Source: Lama guanicoe | Lineage: Eukaryota | Direction: 5' to 3' | Length of the DNA stretch: 64,000 nucleotides | Assembly (NCBI GenBank): GCA_013239625.1 | Contig: MU053304.1 | Coordinates: 1,488,001-1,552,000 of the forward strand | In this document: piece after piece, positions 11,250-23,790 of the stretch | Layout of the letters: every line of letters starts with the position of its first letter | How positions within the stretch are numbered: position 1 is the first letter of the stretch | Translations under genes and position numbers: made by a program | Notes under the pieces: model-generated | The model's input: the letters and a program-made list of their open reading frames with translations, nothing else | The model's database searches: none | What the model was told of the DNA's origin: nothing

Positions 11250-13700
11250 TATCTGCTCATGGATCAGAAAACTCAATATTGTTAAATTCTCCCCAAATTG
11301 ATCTACATATTCAATGCAGTTCCAAACAAAACCTAGCAGGCTTTTGTTTGATAGAAATTAACAAGTTCATTCTAAAATTTATATGGAAATGCAAAGGACC
11401 TAGAATACACAAAACAACTTTGGAAAAGAGGAACAAATTTAGAGGAATAACACTGCTGAATTTTGAGATCTACTGTAAGAGCTACAATAATTAAGACAGT
11501 GTGATATTGGTGTGGAAAAAGACTCACAGATCAACAGAAGAGGGTAGAATCCAGAAAAAGACTCATGTATGTATTGTCAATTAATTACTGACAAAGATGT
11601 CAAGATAAATCAAAAGTAAATTGGGGGAGGGTATATTCAGTGGTAGAGCACATGCTTAGCATGCACAAGGTCCTGGGTTCCATCCCCAGTACCTCCATTT
11701 AAAATAAATAAATAAATAACCTAATAACCTCCCCCCCAAAATAAAATTTTTTTAAAAAGGAAGGGGAATATTTTCAATAGTACTGCAATATTTATTTATT
11801 TATTTATTTAGTAAGAGAATGAACCTTGACCTGTACCCTGAATTGTATATAAAATTCAACTTGGATAGATCAGAGACCTGCAGGTAAAACAGACAACTAT
11901 ACAATTTCTAGAAAAAAAATAGGAGAAAAATCTATTGCCTATATAGAACACAAAAAGTTCAAACCATAAAATAAAAAATGTATGATTTTTTTCAGTACCT
12001 AAAATTTCTGCTCTTTGAACTCTCACAACTTAATATTAAAAAGAGAAATAAGTTTTTTTAAGGGCACAGGATTTGAATAGGCATTTTTCCAAAGAAGACA
12101 TACAAATGGCCAAGAGGACATGAAAAGGTATTCATGATCACTAGTCACTGGGGAAACACCAGTTAAAACCACAATCAAATATCACTTCATACCCACTCAG
12201 AGAGCTAAAGTCAAAAGATCAGACAATAGCTAGTGACGGAGATGAATGTGGAGAAATTGGAACCCTCATACAGTGCCAGTGGGGATGAAAATGGTGCAGC
12301 TACTTTGGAAAACAGTTTGACAGTTCCTCAAAAGGTTAACCATAGGATTACCATATGATCCAGCAATTTCATTACAAGATATATACCCAAGAGAAAAGAA
12401 AACATGTCCACACAAAAACTTGTACACAAATGTTCACAGCAGTTTTATGCATAATCAAAACAACTCAAGTGTCCAACAATCGAAGAACAGATAAACAAAG
12501 TGGGATATATACAATGGAATGCTATTCAGCCATAAAAAGGAATGATACATGCTACAACATCTGTGAATCTTGAACACATTATGCTAAGTGAAAAAAGCCA
12601 GAAACCAAAGGCCACATATTGTATGATTCCACTTAAATGAAATAGACTTTTGTATTATGTGAACTATATCTCCATTTTTTTAAGGAAACAGATTTTTTTA
12701 ATGCCTGCTCTTTGAAAGATATTAAGAAAATGGAAAGACAATCCAGAAATAAGAGAAAATATTTTCAAAACATAGACCTGATAAAAGAAAGGTAACCAGA
12801 ATTAAAAGATCTCTCACGATTCAATAATAAGAAAACAAGCAATACAAATTTTTTAAATCATAGATTTGAACACTACCAAAAAAGACAGGAAAAAAAGCTC
12901 TTTAAGCACATGAAAAGATGCTCGACACTATTAGTTATTAGGAAAACACAAATTAAACTACCGTAAGAGAACTCTGCACACGTATTAGAATGTCTAAAAT
13001 TGCAGGAGAAAAACTAACGGTACTAGCAAACATATGAATCAGCTGAAACCCTTGTCCTCTGCTGGGGGCCACGTGATGTGGTACCGTTTGGAAAACAGTC
13101 TGGCAGTTTCTTTAAAAGCTCACACAGCTACCCCATGGCCCAGTCGTTTGACTCCTACATATTTACCCAAGGGAAATGAAAACACGTGTTCACACAAACA
13201 CCTGCGCACAAATGTTCACAGCAGAATGATGGCTAGTAGCCAAAAAGCGGAAACAGTACAAGTGTCCGATAACTGGTGAACGGACAAACAAATCCTGGTA
13301 CACTCATACTAAGAATACAACTCAACAATAAAAAGGAAGCGTTAAGCTATATACACACTGACACACACGTTGTGGGTCAATCTCAAAAGCATTATGCCAA
13401 GTGAAAGACACAACACACAAAAAAGCTACCAAGTGCGTAATTTCATTTATACGATATTCTGGGAAAGCCAAAACTGGAGAGACAGAAATCAAATCAGTGG
13501 TTGCCAAGAGTTAAGAGTGAAGGGAGGGCTGACAACAAAGGAAAGGGAACGTTTTGTTTTGATGTGTACAATTGTTCGCTTGTGCTGGTGATTACACACC
13601 TGTAAACATTCATTAAAATTTAGAGAACTGTAGGTTTCAAAGGGTGATTTCTTTTAACGAATGAAATTGCACCTCAATAAATCTAATGTTTAAAAAATTA
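11250..13700 (+). mobile_element. Old LINE-1 (L1M-type) ORF2/3' UTR fragments with nested insertions
   Basis: ORF 11279 (IEINKFILKFIWKCKGPRIHKTTLEKRNKFRGITLLNF) is decayed L1 ORF2. L1 3' motifs recur at 12020-12680 and 12700-13700, the latter ending cacctcaataaa. Confidence 0.85.
11623..11750 (+). mobile_element. tRNA-derived SINE (camelid vic-1 type)
   Basis: gggggagggtatattcagtggtagagcacatgcttagcatgcacaaggtcctgggttccatccccagtacctcc, then a taaa-repeat body and A tail. Confidence 0.9.
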
Positions 13701-14384
13701 ACTACATCACCTTAATTCACCTCCTCTCTCAAAAACTACACTGAATTTTTTTTTTTAATTTGGGCACGTTCCCATAAAGAGGAAGGCACGCCAGCTACAT
13801 TTACTTTCTCAAAACCTTACACTCTTCATCTTCTAAAACACAAATCAGCACCTGTGGACATTCACACATCACCAGCTTTGTAAACATTTTTAGCAGTAGG
13901 CGACTTACTTTTCTGGGGAAGAAATTAGCTCTGCTAAGGCTGTCTCTCCCTGTTCCTCCAGCCTGGTCACACTTGTTGGAAGGTTGGCCAGCCGGGCTGC
14001 TAGTTGGGAGGATGTTTTATTTCAAGGGTTTCCGCTTCCCCTCCGAGGAGGTTACTGTGGGCAGTAATGGGTAAAATCAGGAGAGATAAAATTGGATCCA
14101 ATGTGCTCATACGAGAGCTGTGGCAGACAGAACCCATGTTCTGACAACATTCTCTTGGATCCCTCTTCTACTTCCCCTAGTTGTATGCGTTCCCTCCCAG
14201 CCGCCAGCTTCCGCTTCTTTGTTAGAGGACCACCATCAGGCTGCCTGAGTCCACCTGCCTGCTGCACTTGGGAAATCAAAAAGCCCTGGGGAGAAGCCAC
14301 TCCCCCTGAGGGCGGCCGCTGACTGGTGCCTGGCAGATACAGGAACTCCTTCGTACCTGAAGACAACGCCAAGGTATGTTTTCA

Positions 14385-14540
14385 CCAGTGCTTCTAGTAC
14401 TCTTATGCTCAAACGAACTGGCTGGAGATTAAATTCAAATGCAGATTCTGATGCAGGAGATCTTTGAGTCTCCAGTTCTAATAAGCTCCCAGGTGATGCC
14501 AAGGCTGCCGTCCAGGGATCCCACTTTAATCAGCAAGGGT
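14385..14540. mobile_element. MER5-like hAT-Charlie MITE (similar copies near 18500-18650, 24330-24450, 44535-44710)
   Basis: aaatgcagattctga...taataagctcccaggtgatgccaaggctgc...ccacttt is the typical MER5A core. Confidence 0.7.
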
Positions 14541-15396
14541 CTTCTTTCAGAGCTCCTGACAGGAGCCAGCCAAAGATGACAGGTGTCTAGCTTGGTCTAC
14601 TTGAGCAAGAATAAACACCCAGGGACAAAATGTGAATAAGGTGGATAAAATGTGGTTCCACAGGCAGGCTATAGGATTCAGCTGGATTCTTGAGACAAAG
14701 GTGTATTTGTGGGCTGGAAAACATAAGAAATTCCTGCCCCTTCCCCCATTACACCGAGGCAATAATCTGCAAACTGCCTTTGAGCTGTGGGGAAGGTGTA
14801 GAAGTGAGGGAAGTTTGCTGGGGGCCATGAACACACACAAAAATTGTGAAGGATACAGCTGTTACTGACAGCAAAGAGCCAAGATGGATATTAGATCATT
14901 TCAAAAATTTTAAAAAGGATTCTGGTGGCAACTAGCAACAGATGATTGCTGGCAAGGAGGCTGGTGTGTCTTTAGGCTTTGTCAGGAGATTACTTTGTTA
15001 GACCACGTCACAGAGCACAGAAGGCGGTTAAGCAGTCTAGTCTGCGTGACAGCTCCAGGAAGCAATTACCCGATCAAGGGTCAAGGTTAGAAGGCTAGAA
15101 AAGTCCTCTCTTCTGTGTCCCATGACACTCTTTAAAACTACTGCTAGAACATGTATTTCTCCCCTTCATTCAACAGATACTCACTGAGCGCCAATATGTG
15201 CCAGGCAATATTTTAAACAAAGATAGCACGGGAAAGTTTTCACCAAATTTATATGATAAGTGGAAAAGATCAATAATAAACTCACCAACAAATGCATAAG
15301 AAATATATTAAATAGCTGCTATGTAGAGAATTTAAAAGGGGTGGAGTCATAGCAAAGGATGTGGTAGCTACTTTAGAATGAATGGTGAGAAAGAAT

Positions 15397-15888
15397 GTCT
15401 TAGTCAGTTCAGGCAGCTAAAACAAAACACCACAGCTTATAAACAACAGGCGTTTCTTTCTCACAGTTCTGGAGGCTGGAAGTCCAAGATCAAGGCTCTT
15501 GCAGGTTCAGTGTCTGGTAAGACCTGGCGTTTTGGTCCACAGATGACCATCCTCTTGCTGTGTCCTCACATGGCAGAAGGTCAGGTGCTGCCTCATCCAG
15601 CTTCTGGTGGCCGCTGGCATTCCTTGGCTTGTGGCTGCATCTCTACAACTTCTGCCATCCCATTGCTTTCTCCTCTTCTCCACATGTCCAAGCTCCCTCT
15701 GCCTCTCTCTTATAAGGACACTTGTGATTTCATTTAGGGCCCATCCTGATCAATCACTGATAGTCTCTATATCTCAAGATTCTTGACTTAATCACCTCTG
15801 CCAAGACCCTTTTTCCAAGTAAGGCAATATTTAAAGGTTCCCCACAAAAGGACCTGATATCATTAGGGGACATGATTCAGCTTACTAC
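15397..15888 (-). mobile_element. MLT1 (ERVL-MaLR) solo LTR inserted in an L2 remnant
   Basis: tgtcttagtcagttcaggcagct...tttctcacagttctggaggctggaagtccaagatcaagg...cttataaggacacttgtgatttcatttagggcc...attcagcttactac. Confidence 0.85.
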
Positions 15889-17761
15889 GTGAGCCCAGAG
15901 CAGAACCGGGGAGATCACTGGCAGCCATCATCAGTGTCAAGGCAAGCGATGTCTATGTCCTGGACCAGGTTGTAGGAAGAGAGCAGTGGACAGATCTAGG
16001 GTGAATTTTCAAGCTCCGAATGCTAACAGATGTGATGGAGGGAGGTGGGACGTATGAGAGGAGTTAAAGACAGCAGAGAATCCCCTGGGGCCTGTCTGGT
16101 ACCAAGCTGATCTCCACTAACTGGGTTGTCACGTCCTGGAGAGCCCAATGCCTTTCATTATCTCATCACCTCTGGTACCCAGCCTGGGGCTCTTCCTTTA
16201 CTGGGTCTACACAATTGTTTAACTACGTTGGAATATGGGGTTCAGGATATCAGTTAGTATCTTTGCTAGAGTGTAGTGATGTGTGGAAATGTCAGAAAAA
16301 GCCCTGTTTTGGTTGTTCCTCTTTGAACACCAGTGACTCAGTTTAGAACCTCTCAACAGAAACTTGTTCTCAGATGAGGGCTCCAGAATCTGCCTTCCCT
16401 CCGACTTGGGTGGCTGCAGCAAGGGATCCAGAGAAGTCTCTGAAATAATATTTTACTAACAAGCAAAAGCAACTTGTGTATTTTTTTAAAAGCAGTCTTC
16501 AGGGCTGTTTTCATGTTTAAATTCATCCAGTCTTACTGATTATTTTTAGACCAATACCTAATAGGCTGTGAGAAGCACTGATTAGCATATCACAGCCTGG
16601 TAACTTTATCACTGAAGGGCCTCGTTCGTTTTTTATACCTTGAACAAAGAAGTCTAAGACCAAGAAAAGAAATCTTTGAAGCCAGTGTAAATAGCGCTCA
16701 GCCACAGCCAGACTCTGTGAGAGTACAAATGTCGAACACGTGTCACTCACTTTATCCCAAAGGTAACGAATCAACTTTCAAAAGACTGCCGGTTATAAGA
16801 AGTCTATCTTGGGCCCACTAGCATTGTTTGCTTTTCTGGCTCTGATTAAAATAACCATAGAGAAAGAAATGAGTGTCTATTTCCACTTACTCATTTCAAA
16901 TATGGTTACCAAAGAGATCTGCTCCTTTCAAAACACATCCCTCTCTCCCCAGCTCTCCCTTGCTGGGAAATCTGATCTTCCCCCAACCCTTTCTTCTGCA
17001 CAAGTACAGGTCTTCTGGTGGCTCCGCGAAGCCTGGTGGGCCACAGAATCTCAGAGGGTGCTCCTGCTTCTCCCAGCCCTAGGCAAAGTTTGGCACGCCT
17101 GGCAAGTGCTAAGCCCCTAAAACAGTTTCACCCAATCAGCAAGAGCAGGATGGCGGGAATAAAATCACCGCTGTGGCCAGGGACACGCCCTCTGTGGATT
17201 TCATGCAGATGGATTTTGTGCTTTTTCCAATGGTACCTACCCTTCCTTACTCTCCCTAGTCCTGGTTCTTCGTCTCAGCCCCTGATACTTCGCCCAGGCC
17301 CCTCCTGGCTCTGAAGAGCCATTGTGAAGCAACCCTCCGGCTTGACATCCAGACCCACCCAATTCAGGCGTTTCCTCTCTGACCCTAGGGCTTGGGGGAT
17401 CATGTTAGAGATACCTGGGCTTTCCCAGGTGGGTCTCAGGGTGGCTTCCTCCCTGAGGCAGAGGGCAGGGATCAGAAGGAATAGAAATTAGACATTAATT
17501 AGGCACTCAGCAAACACTGACGTATACCATTTGCCTGACCACACTCAATGCACTGGGATTCAGAAGTAAACTGGCCATACTTTCTGCCCTCAAAGAATTT
17601 ACAGTTTAGTAACAGTGTAGGGTGAGGAGAGGCACTATAGAGCAGTGATTTTGTTCAATACACTGTGATAGGTGACAGGTGGATGCCTGTGTCACTCTGG
17701 GAACACACGTGATGGGCACTCAATTCAGTATCAGGATGGGAGGAACAGTGAGGGTCAGGGG

Positions 17762-18184
17762 TAGGGCTACCAGATTCAGTAAATAGAAAGACAATACATT
17801 GTGCTGTACACCAGAAATTGACACAGCATTGTAAACTGACTATAACTCAATAATAATAAAAAAGAAAGAAACACAAGATGTTCTGTTAAATTTGAATTTT
17901 AGATAAACAATGAATGATTGTGAAGAATGTCCCATGTGACATGTGGGGCACACTTACACTAAAAAAGTATTCATTGTTTATGTGAAATTCAAATTTGGGG
18001 GGAGGGTATAGCTCAAGTGGTAAAGCACATGCTTAGTATGCATGAGGTCCTGGGTTCGATCCCCAGTACCTCCTCTAAAAATAAATAAATAAATAGACCT
18101 AATTACTTCCCTCCACTACCAAAAAAAAAAAATCAAATTTAACTGGGGATTTGATGTTTTTATTTGCTAAATCTCGCATGCCTA
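17762..18184. mobile_element. MER53 palindromic hAT MITE interrupted by an L1 tail and a SINE
   Basis: Left arm tagggctaccagattcagtaaata...gttaaatttgaattttagataaacaa; right arm ttgtttatgtgaaattcaaattt/aactggg...tatttgctaaatctcgcatgccta. The arms are inverted repeats. Confidence 0.8.
17997..18128 (+). mobile_element. tRNA-derived SINE (camelid vic-1 type) with TSD
   Basis: ggggggagggtatagctcaagtggtaaagcacatgcttagtatgcatgaggtcctgggttcgatccccagtacctcc; flanking direct repeat aaa(t/a)tcaaattt at 17985-17996 and 18129-18140. Confidence 0.92.
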
Positions 18185-20509
18185 CACCTGGGAGAAAGAT
18201 GCCAGGGAAAGTGGTGCCCTCCGCCCATCATGAACACTTCCAACGGAGCCCTCCTTGGAAGCCAGCCCTCTCCTACCCCAGACTATTTTCCCCACTTCAT
18301 CCTGCTTCTCTGTTTGTTGGCGGGGTCCTCTGACATTCCTTACCCACTCTTATTTCTGGGGAGACCTCAGTTACAAAACTCATTTAATTACCCACCTGCC
18401 CCTGTTTGACAGTCCTCTTAGGGCAGGCTCTTCTGGGGTGAACTTGACTCTCTCTTCCATGAGATGCTGGTCTTTCTCTGTTCGTCCTCCCAGCCACTCA
18501 AAGGGTCTGAAAACCAGCAGCATCGGAATAACCTGGGGGCTGGTGAGGAAGGCAGAGTCTGCAGCCCTATCCAGACCTTGTGAATTGAACTCTGCAACTT
18601 GCCAAGACCCCAGGTGACGCACAGGCACATGAAAGTTCCAGAGGCCACTGAGATTTTTGTGAGGACGAGCCTAATTCACCTTTGAACTCAGGAAGGTGGA
18701 AGAAACTTCTCGTCTCTCAGGCTTGGAAGAAGAGAGCTGTCCCTCCGCCCACCTCCCTAGGTGTGCCCCTGAAATGGCTGTCTTGGCTGCCCCATCATTT
18801 CAGAGGTGGCAGGAGGCCCCTTCAGCAAGACGGAGAGAGGAGGGGGAGAAGGGTTCCTTTGACAAACTGCTTATTTCAACCCCTTCCTCCCCTGGCCAGA
18901 TGCCCTTCAGGCTAAGCAGTCTCATTTATGCTCAACTGCATGAAGACAAAAGGAAGGAGTTCATGTCTTTGCCCCTCAGGTGTTTCTCTTTCTCTCTGTC
19001 TTTAAAATACTCAGGACATAACCCAGCAGAAAGTAGAACCTCCCTTGAGGGTCAGTGTAGCAGGAGGTGGAGAAGCTGAAATGGGCAAAATGCTTGGCAA
19101 AGTGGGATGTGCAGTTGATGGGAAACGATCCCTGACCCCACCCCAGACCTTCCAAGTTAGACTCTTCAGGGATGGGGCTCAGGAAGCTGTGTTTTAATAA
19201 ACGCCTGCCATGATTTTAATGCAAATAAAGTTGAGTGTCTTTGTAGCATAAGAAAACAGCTCTTTGACTCTAGGATGGAAAATTAGATACTGGGCTTGAC
19301 AGGCCCCCAGGTTCACCTTCTTCCTGCTGCCCCGACTGTCTGAGCACCAGCAAGGACTGGCACACAGATACAAGGGAAGGTGCCCCACCGGACGAAAGCC
19401 AAATAGAGCTGACGTGCAGGCCAAGTGCTAACTTAACGGCGAGCTCCTGGACGTGAGAGGGATGGAAACTGTTCAGCTCCTAGGGTGGGTGTGCATAAAT
19501 TATACACAAACCACACACAAAATGTATAAATGAAGGGTGCTGCAGTCTAACAAAACTTGATTTCTCAAAAGTGGGTATCAAGCTGGATATGGCCCAATTT
19601 GCTGACTCCTGGCTTATATTAATCTCCAGCATCTTTTTCAACCCTCAGAGTCTCTGGTAAGTTAACTTTCAAAATGCCAGCACCCCCAGCAGTGGTCTCT
19701 TAACAGTGTGAACTTGACACTGGAATTAGTTCTCGATCTAGGCCCACGAGAATGGACACGAATGAGCCCCAGAGATGGTCGGGGAGTAGTCAGTGTGCAG
19801 AGGAGGGGAAAGGGCCAGGAAAACTCCGGTCCTGTTTGCCATTTGGAGAGCAGGTGACCTAAAATCAGAGAGGGTCCCTGCCTGGTCCCTACGTGGCCAG
19901 CTCCTGTTGGAGCCCCTCTCCCCACCCCCCACCCCCACCAGCAGATGGAGATCAGGAACAAGGAGGGTGCTACCTGCTTCAACCCTCCTTATTGAAATGA
20001 ATGATGCCGGTGCATGCTCAGAGCAACAGCGGTGGAGAGGCCAAGTGCATCACCATAGCGGTGAGCAAGTTGAAAACCAAAGTCCAGTCCCAGGAGCAGG
20101 GCCTCTATTCAACCAGCAGAATCCACTTTCTAAGAGGCACCGAGATGGAGAAATAAAATAAGCTCTCAAAGGGTCAATAAAAAGAAAAAAATTAAGGGAA
20201 TGTCAGCATTTTTTTCTTTGCCTTTTTTTTGGAAATGCATCTTTAAAAAATTTTTTAACGTTCACTGTCAATTTAACTTGAAGGTAGGGTAGTTTATTTT
20301 TTTCATTTTTTTCAGTTTTATTAGGTAGAATAGTTACAATTTGACTGCACATATACAATATATTGCATGTAGATAAATATACGCAAAATACTGCACTTTT
20401 TAAAATTTACATATATGTACCATTCATTGTTTTTCACAGAACTAGAACAAACAGTTCCACAATTTTATGGAACCAGCGAAGACCCCAAACTGCCAAAGCA
20501 ATCTTTTGT

Positions 20510-20912
20510 AAGTCTTTTTTTTTTTTTTCTTTTCTCTTTCTTCCTTTTGTTCTCTTTTCTTATGGTTTGATGACTGGAAAAGTTCCTTTAACATCTGTTG
20601 TAAAGCTGGTTTGGTGGTGCTGAATTCTTTTAGCTTTTGTTTGTCTGTGAAGCTTTTGATTTCTCCATCAAATCTGAACAAGAGAGCCTTGCTGGACAGA
20701 GTATTCTTGATTGTAGGTTTTTCCCTTTCATCACTTTAAATGTATCCTGCCACTCCCTTCTGGCCTGTAGAGTTTCTCCTAAAAAATCAGCTGATAACCT
20801 CATGGGAGTTCCCTTGTATGTTATTTGCTGCTTCCCTCTTGCTAATTTTAGTATTTTCTCCTTATCCTTAATTTGTGTCAATTTGATTACTATGTGCCTT
20901 GATGTGTTCCTC
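20510..20912 (-). mobile_element. LINE-1 ORF1 C-terminal fragment with frameshift, plus the start of the inter-ORF spacer
   Basis: ORFs 20630..20938 and 20442..20681 give RHIVIKLTQIKDKEKILKLARGKQQITYKGTPMRLSADF...ETLQARREW and FRFDGEIKSFTDKQKLKEFSTTKPALQQMLKEL, i.e. the L1 ORF1p RRM/CTD region. Confidence 0.93.
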
Positions 20913-23559
20913 TGGGCTTCTGAGCTCAGGAACTGCATACTGAGTGTTCACAGCACAGCTGCCCCAGGCAAGGCGAAGCTACCATGGCTGCTCCTCCCTA
21001 CCCCCCGCCCCCCAAGGCTCACTCTTTCCTGGCCTTGGCCTTGGGCTCTCTGTTCAAGCTTCCCTATCTGAGAAGCCATCTTGGCTCCCAGAAGCATCTC
21101 GGGTTCTTGATACATTGGTCCTACGTCAAAACACCTGCCCTGTGCCTCAGCCCTTCAGTTCTCTGCTCTGTGCTAAAAAACCAAGAATCATCTGCATTTA
21201 GCTACTCACAGTTGAAAATATAGGAAATGGAGACCAGAAATGTGAAGTACAGTGCCCAGTGTCACATAGTGAGTGAGTGACAGAGTCACACTTCAAACCC
21301 AGGCAACCTGCCTCCGGAGTGCAAGGTCATGATCACCTCACTGTGCTACTCTGCAGAGATGAGGCAGACCTGGTCCCTTAGAGAAAAGGCTAGCAGGGAA
21401 CCTGAAACAGGAGATGAATGGCTGTACCACAAGTGGGAACATGAGAGATGCAAGAGAAGGCACAGAGTAGGGGTGGGTTAGATAAAGGGTATCGAGAACA
21501 TCCCTGCTGAGTGACTGAGTAGGGCCAAGTGCCCTTGAGGTTTGGGGAAAACCGACAGGAAGAGATGGAAGAGATGGGCATCCCAGGGAAAGGGAACTGT
21601 ATGACAAAAATCACAGAGGTAGAAAAATATAAGGCCACATTGAGAGACCCGTGTGAGTAAGGGAAGGAGGACCCAGTCTGGCCGGAGCTCGGGGCACGCA
21701 GAGGCCCCAGGACTGAATGGCGGGGCAGAGGCTGAGGGCAGGGGGAGGTGGGCCGTGGGTGCTTCAGGTGGGAGGGCCTGATTCCACAGGGTGGAACCAG
21801 ATCTGAGACTCGGTTCTGAAATGCCCATAATCTGTTCTGCTCAGTAGCCAAGAATAATGGTCACTGAGACACTGGGGGCTCAGGAGGTGGGCAGTTTGGC
21901 CCAAGGATGAGGAATGTGGTTTCCCAACAGTCTAAGGTAAAGGGTGTGGCAGAGCCAGCCAGACACAGTCAGAGGACCAGCTGACCTCAGAGGAGGCAAG
22001 AGGCCACTTGAAGGGGAAGAGTGGGAGGCGAGAGATGGACCACTGAATTGGGAACAGGTTGGGCTACAAAGACATTTAATTTGCTTGGCAACCTTGCTCT
22101 TGACAGTCCCTGTTCACAGGTGTCATTTACATTCTGAACCTCAGGCCTTCGGGCTGAGACTTCCCTTCCTTCTGCCCAGTTAAGAAAGTGCTCTTCTGCA
22201 AGACTCAGCCCCTCCACACCTCCCATGCACTTGAGTTATCTGTGACATTTAAACAAAACCAAGAGAGCATCCCCTGTGGGTCTGAGATGTACCTATAATA
22301 TCCTGAGGTGAAGTTTCTGACAGGATACCCTTCGAATCCTCAAGGCAGAGTTTTTCAAAGAAAAGGGGAGCAGATAAACCGTGATTCTGCGCAGAACACA
22401 TGAAAAGATGTTTTCCCACAGCAACTGTTTTGCTGTCAGCAATTAGAGAAAGTTTGATTTCCTACAGAGAGTTAGGACAAGAGCAGGGGACATGGAGAGC
22501 AGGGACAAGGAGCAGAGAGGGACCCTCTGACTCATCCAAGCATTCTACATGACTTAGAAAGGCCCACTCTTCGCCTGGGGCCACCTGGGATCAATCAGTC
22601 ACAGAGAGGCACACAGACAGATGTGACTCAGGATCTTCAAATTTGCAAGGGATGAATGTCAACTCAAACTGGCTCAAGAGCACATAGTGATTCATATAAT
22701 GAAAGAGAACAGGACATTCTGGAATATGGCTGGGCCCAGCTGCTCATACGAGCATCCTTTCTTTATTTCTCCAACTCTGGGCTCTGTTCTCTTTGTGTCG
22801 ATGTTAACCTTAAATTATGCACCCACACACCCCTCACTCTTCCATGCTCCCGCGAGTTAGCAAAAGCTCCGCTGAGCGGTGTGAGGCTTGGGTCCTACCA
22901 GCTTAGTAAGTCCAGCAGAGACTTTCCCAAAAGTTGTAGACAAGGTGCTGGCATTGGGAGTGATTGGCCTGATTTGGGTCACAAGTTCATTCCTAAGCCA
23001 ATTTCCATGCTCAGGGAGCAAGAACGCCCCGATAGGATGGGCATGCATCCTGGAAGAGCAACAGAGCTCTCACCAGCGAGAACTCACCAAGGGAAAACCT
23101 GGCTGCCAACGGCAGAAGGGAGGACGGATGCTGGGCAGGTGAAAATAGCAGGGGTGCTCTCCAGGGTACCAGCGGTACACAGATCCCAAGGGCACACAGA
23201 ACAGGTCCTGGTCATTTTGGTCTGAAGGGGCTAAGTTGAGAGGGGTCAGGGGGAAAGAAAATAAAGAACTAGAGGGGATTCCAGGACAAGGAAGGAAAAA
23301 GCACATGGAACTATGAAGGCATGAAATTGAGGGAAATCCGCTGGGCCTGGATCACTGATGGTACAGAGATGGAACAGGAGATGACACTGAGGAAGGGAGC
23401 TGAGGTCAGATCAAGAAGGTCTTTAAATAGCTGGTTAGAGAGATTGGGAAGCCTGTTCTTCTAAGCAACTGTAGCCAGCAGAGAACAGGGGGTGTGTCCC
23501 TGTGTTTTTTGTTTATTTGTTTGTTTTGGGTTTTTTTGTCCAGAAATACATACTCAACT

Positions 23560-23790
23560 GGAGGCAGCATGATGCAGGGGTGAAGTGCAGGGACTTTGGA
23601 GCCAAATCCCAGCTGTGTAGACGTGGCAAGTTCCTTAACCTCCCTGTGCCCCTGTTTACTCACCTGTAAATGGGGGAATGACAACGTCTCCCTCACGGAG
23701 GTGTTGTGAGGATTGAGTGAAATAGCACATAAAGATCTGAGCATCACGCCAGGCACACTGCAAGCGCTGTGATCACTCTCATTAGCCAGT
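23560..23790 (+). mobile_element. MIR SINE (others near 21215-21350, 35570-35760, 40930-41160, 43930-44150, 48130-48380, 52310-52560)
   Basis: MIR core ggcaagttccttaacctccctgtgcccctgtttactcacctgtaaatgggg...gttgtgaggattgagtga. Confidence 0.8.

Noticed and set aside
17997..18075. tRNA-like sequences with A/B boxes (here and in six other places)
   Set aside because: They have SINE bodies, A-rich tails and, in several copies, TSDs, and they vary between copies; they are SINE heads, not tRNA genes.
22656..23225. 189-aa ORF (also 184-aa ORF at 10645..11199)
   Set aside because: Both overlie diverged MaLR-like LTR sequence; no domain and no splice-supported structure.
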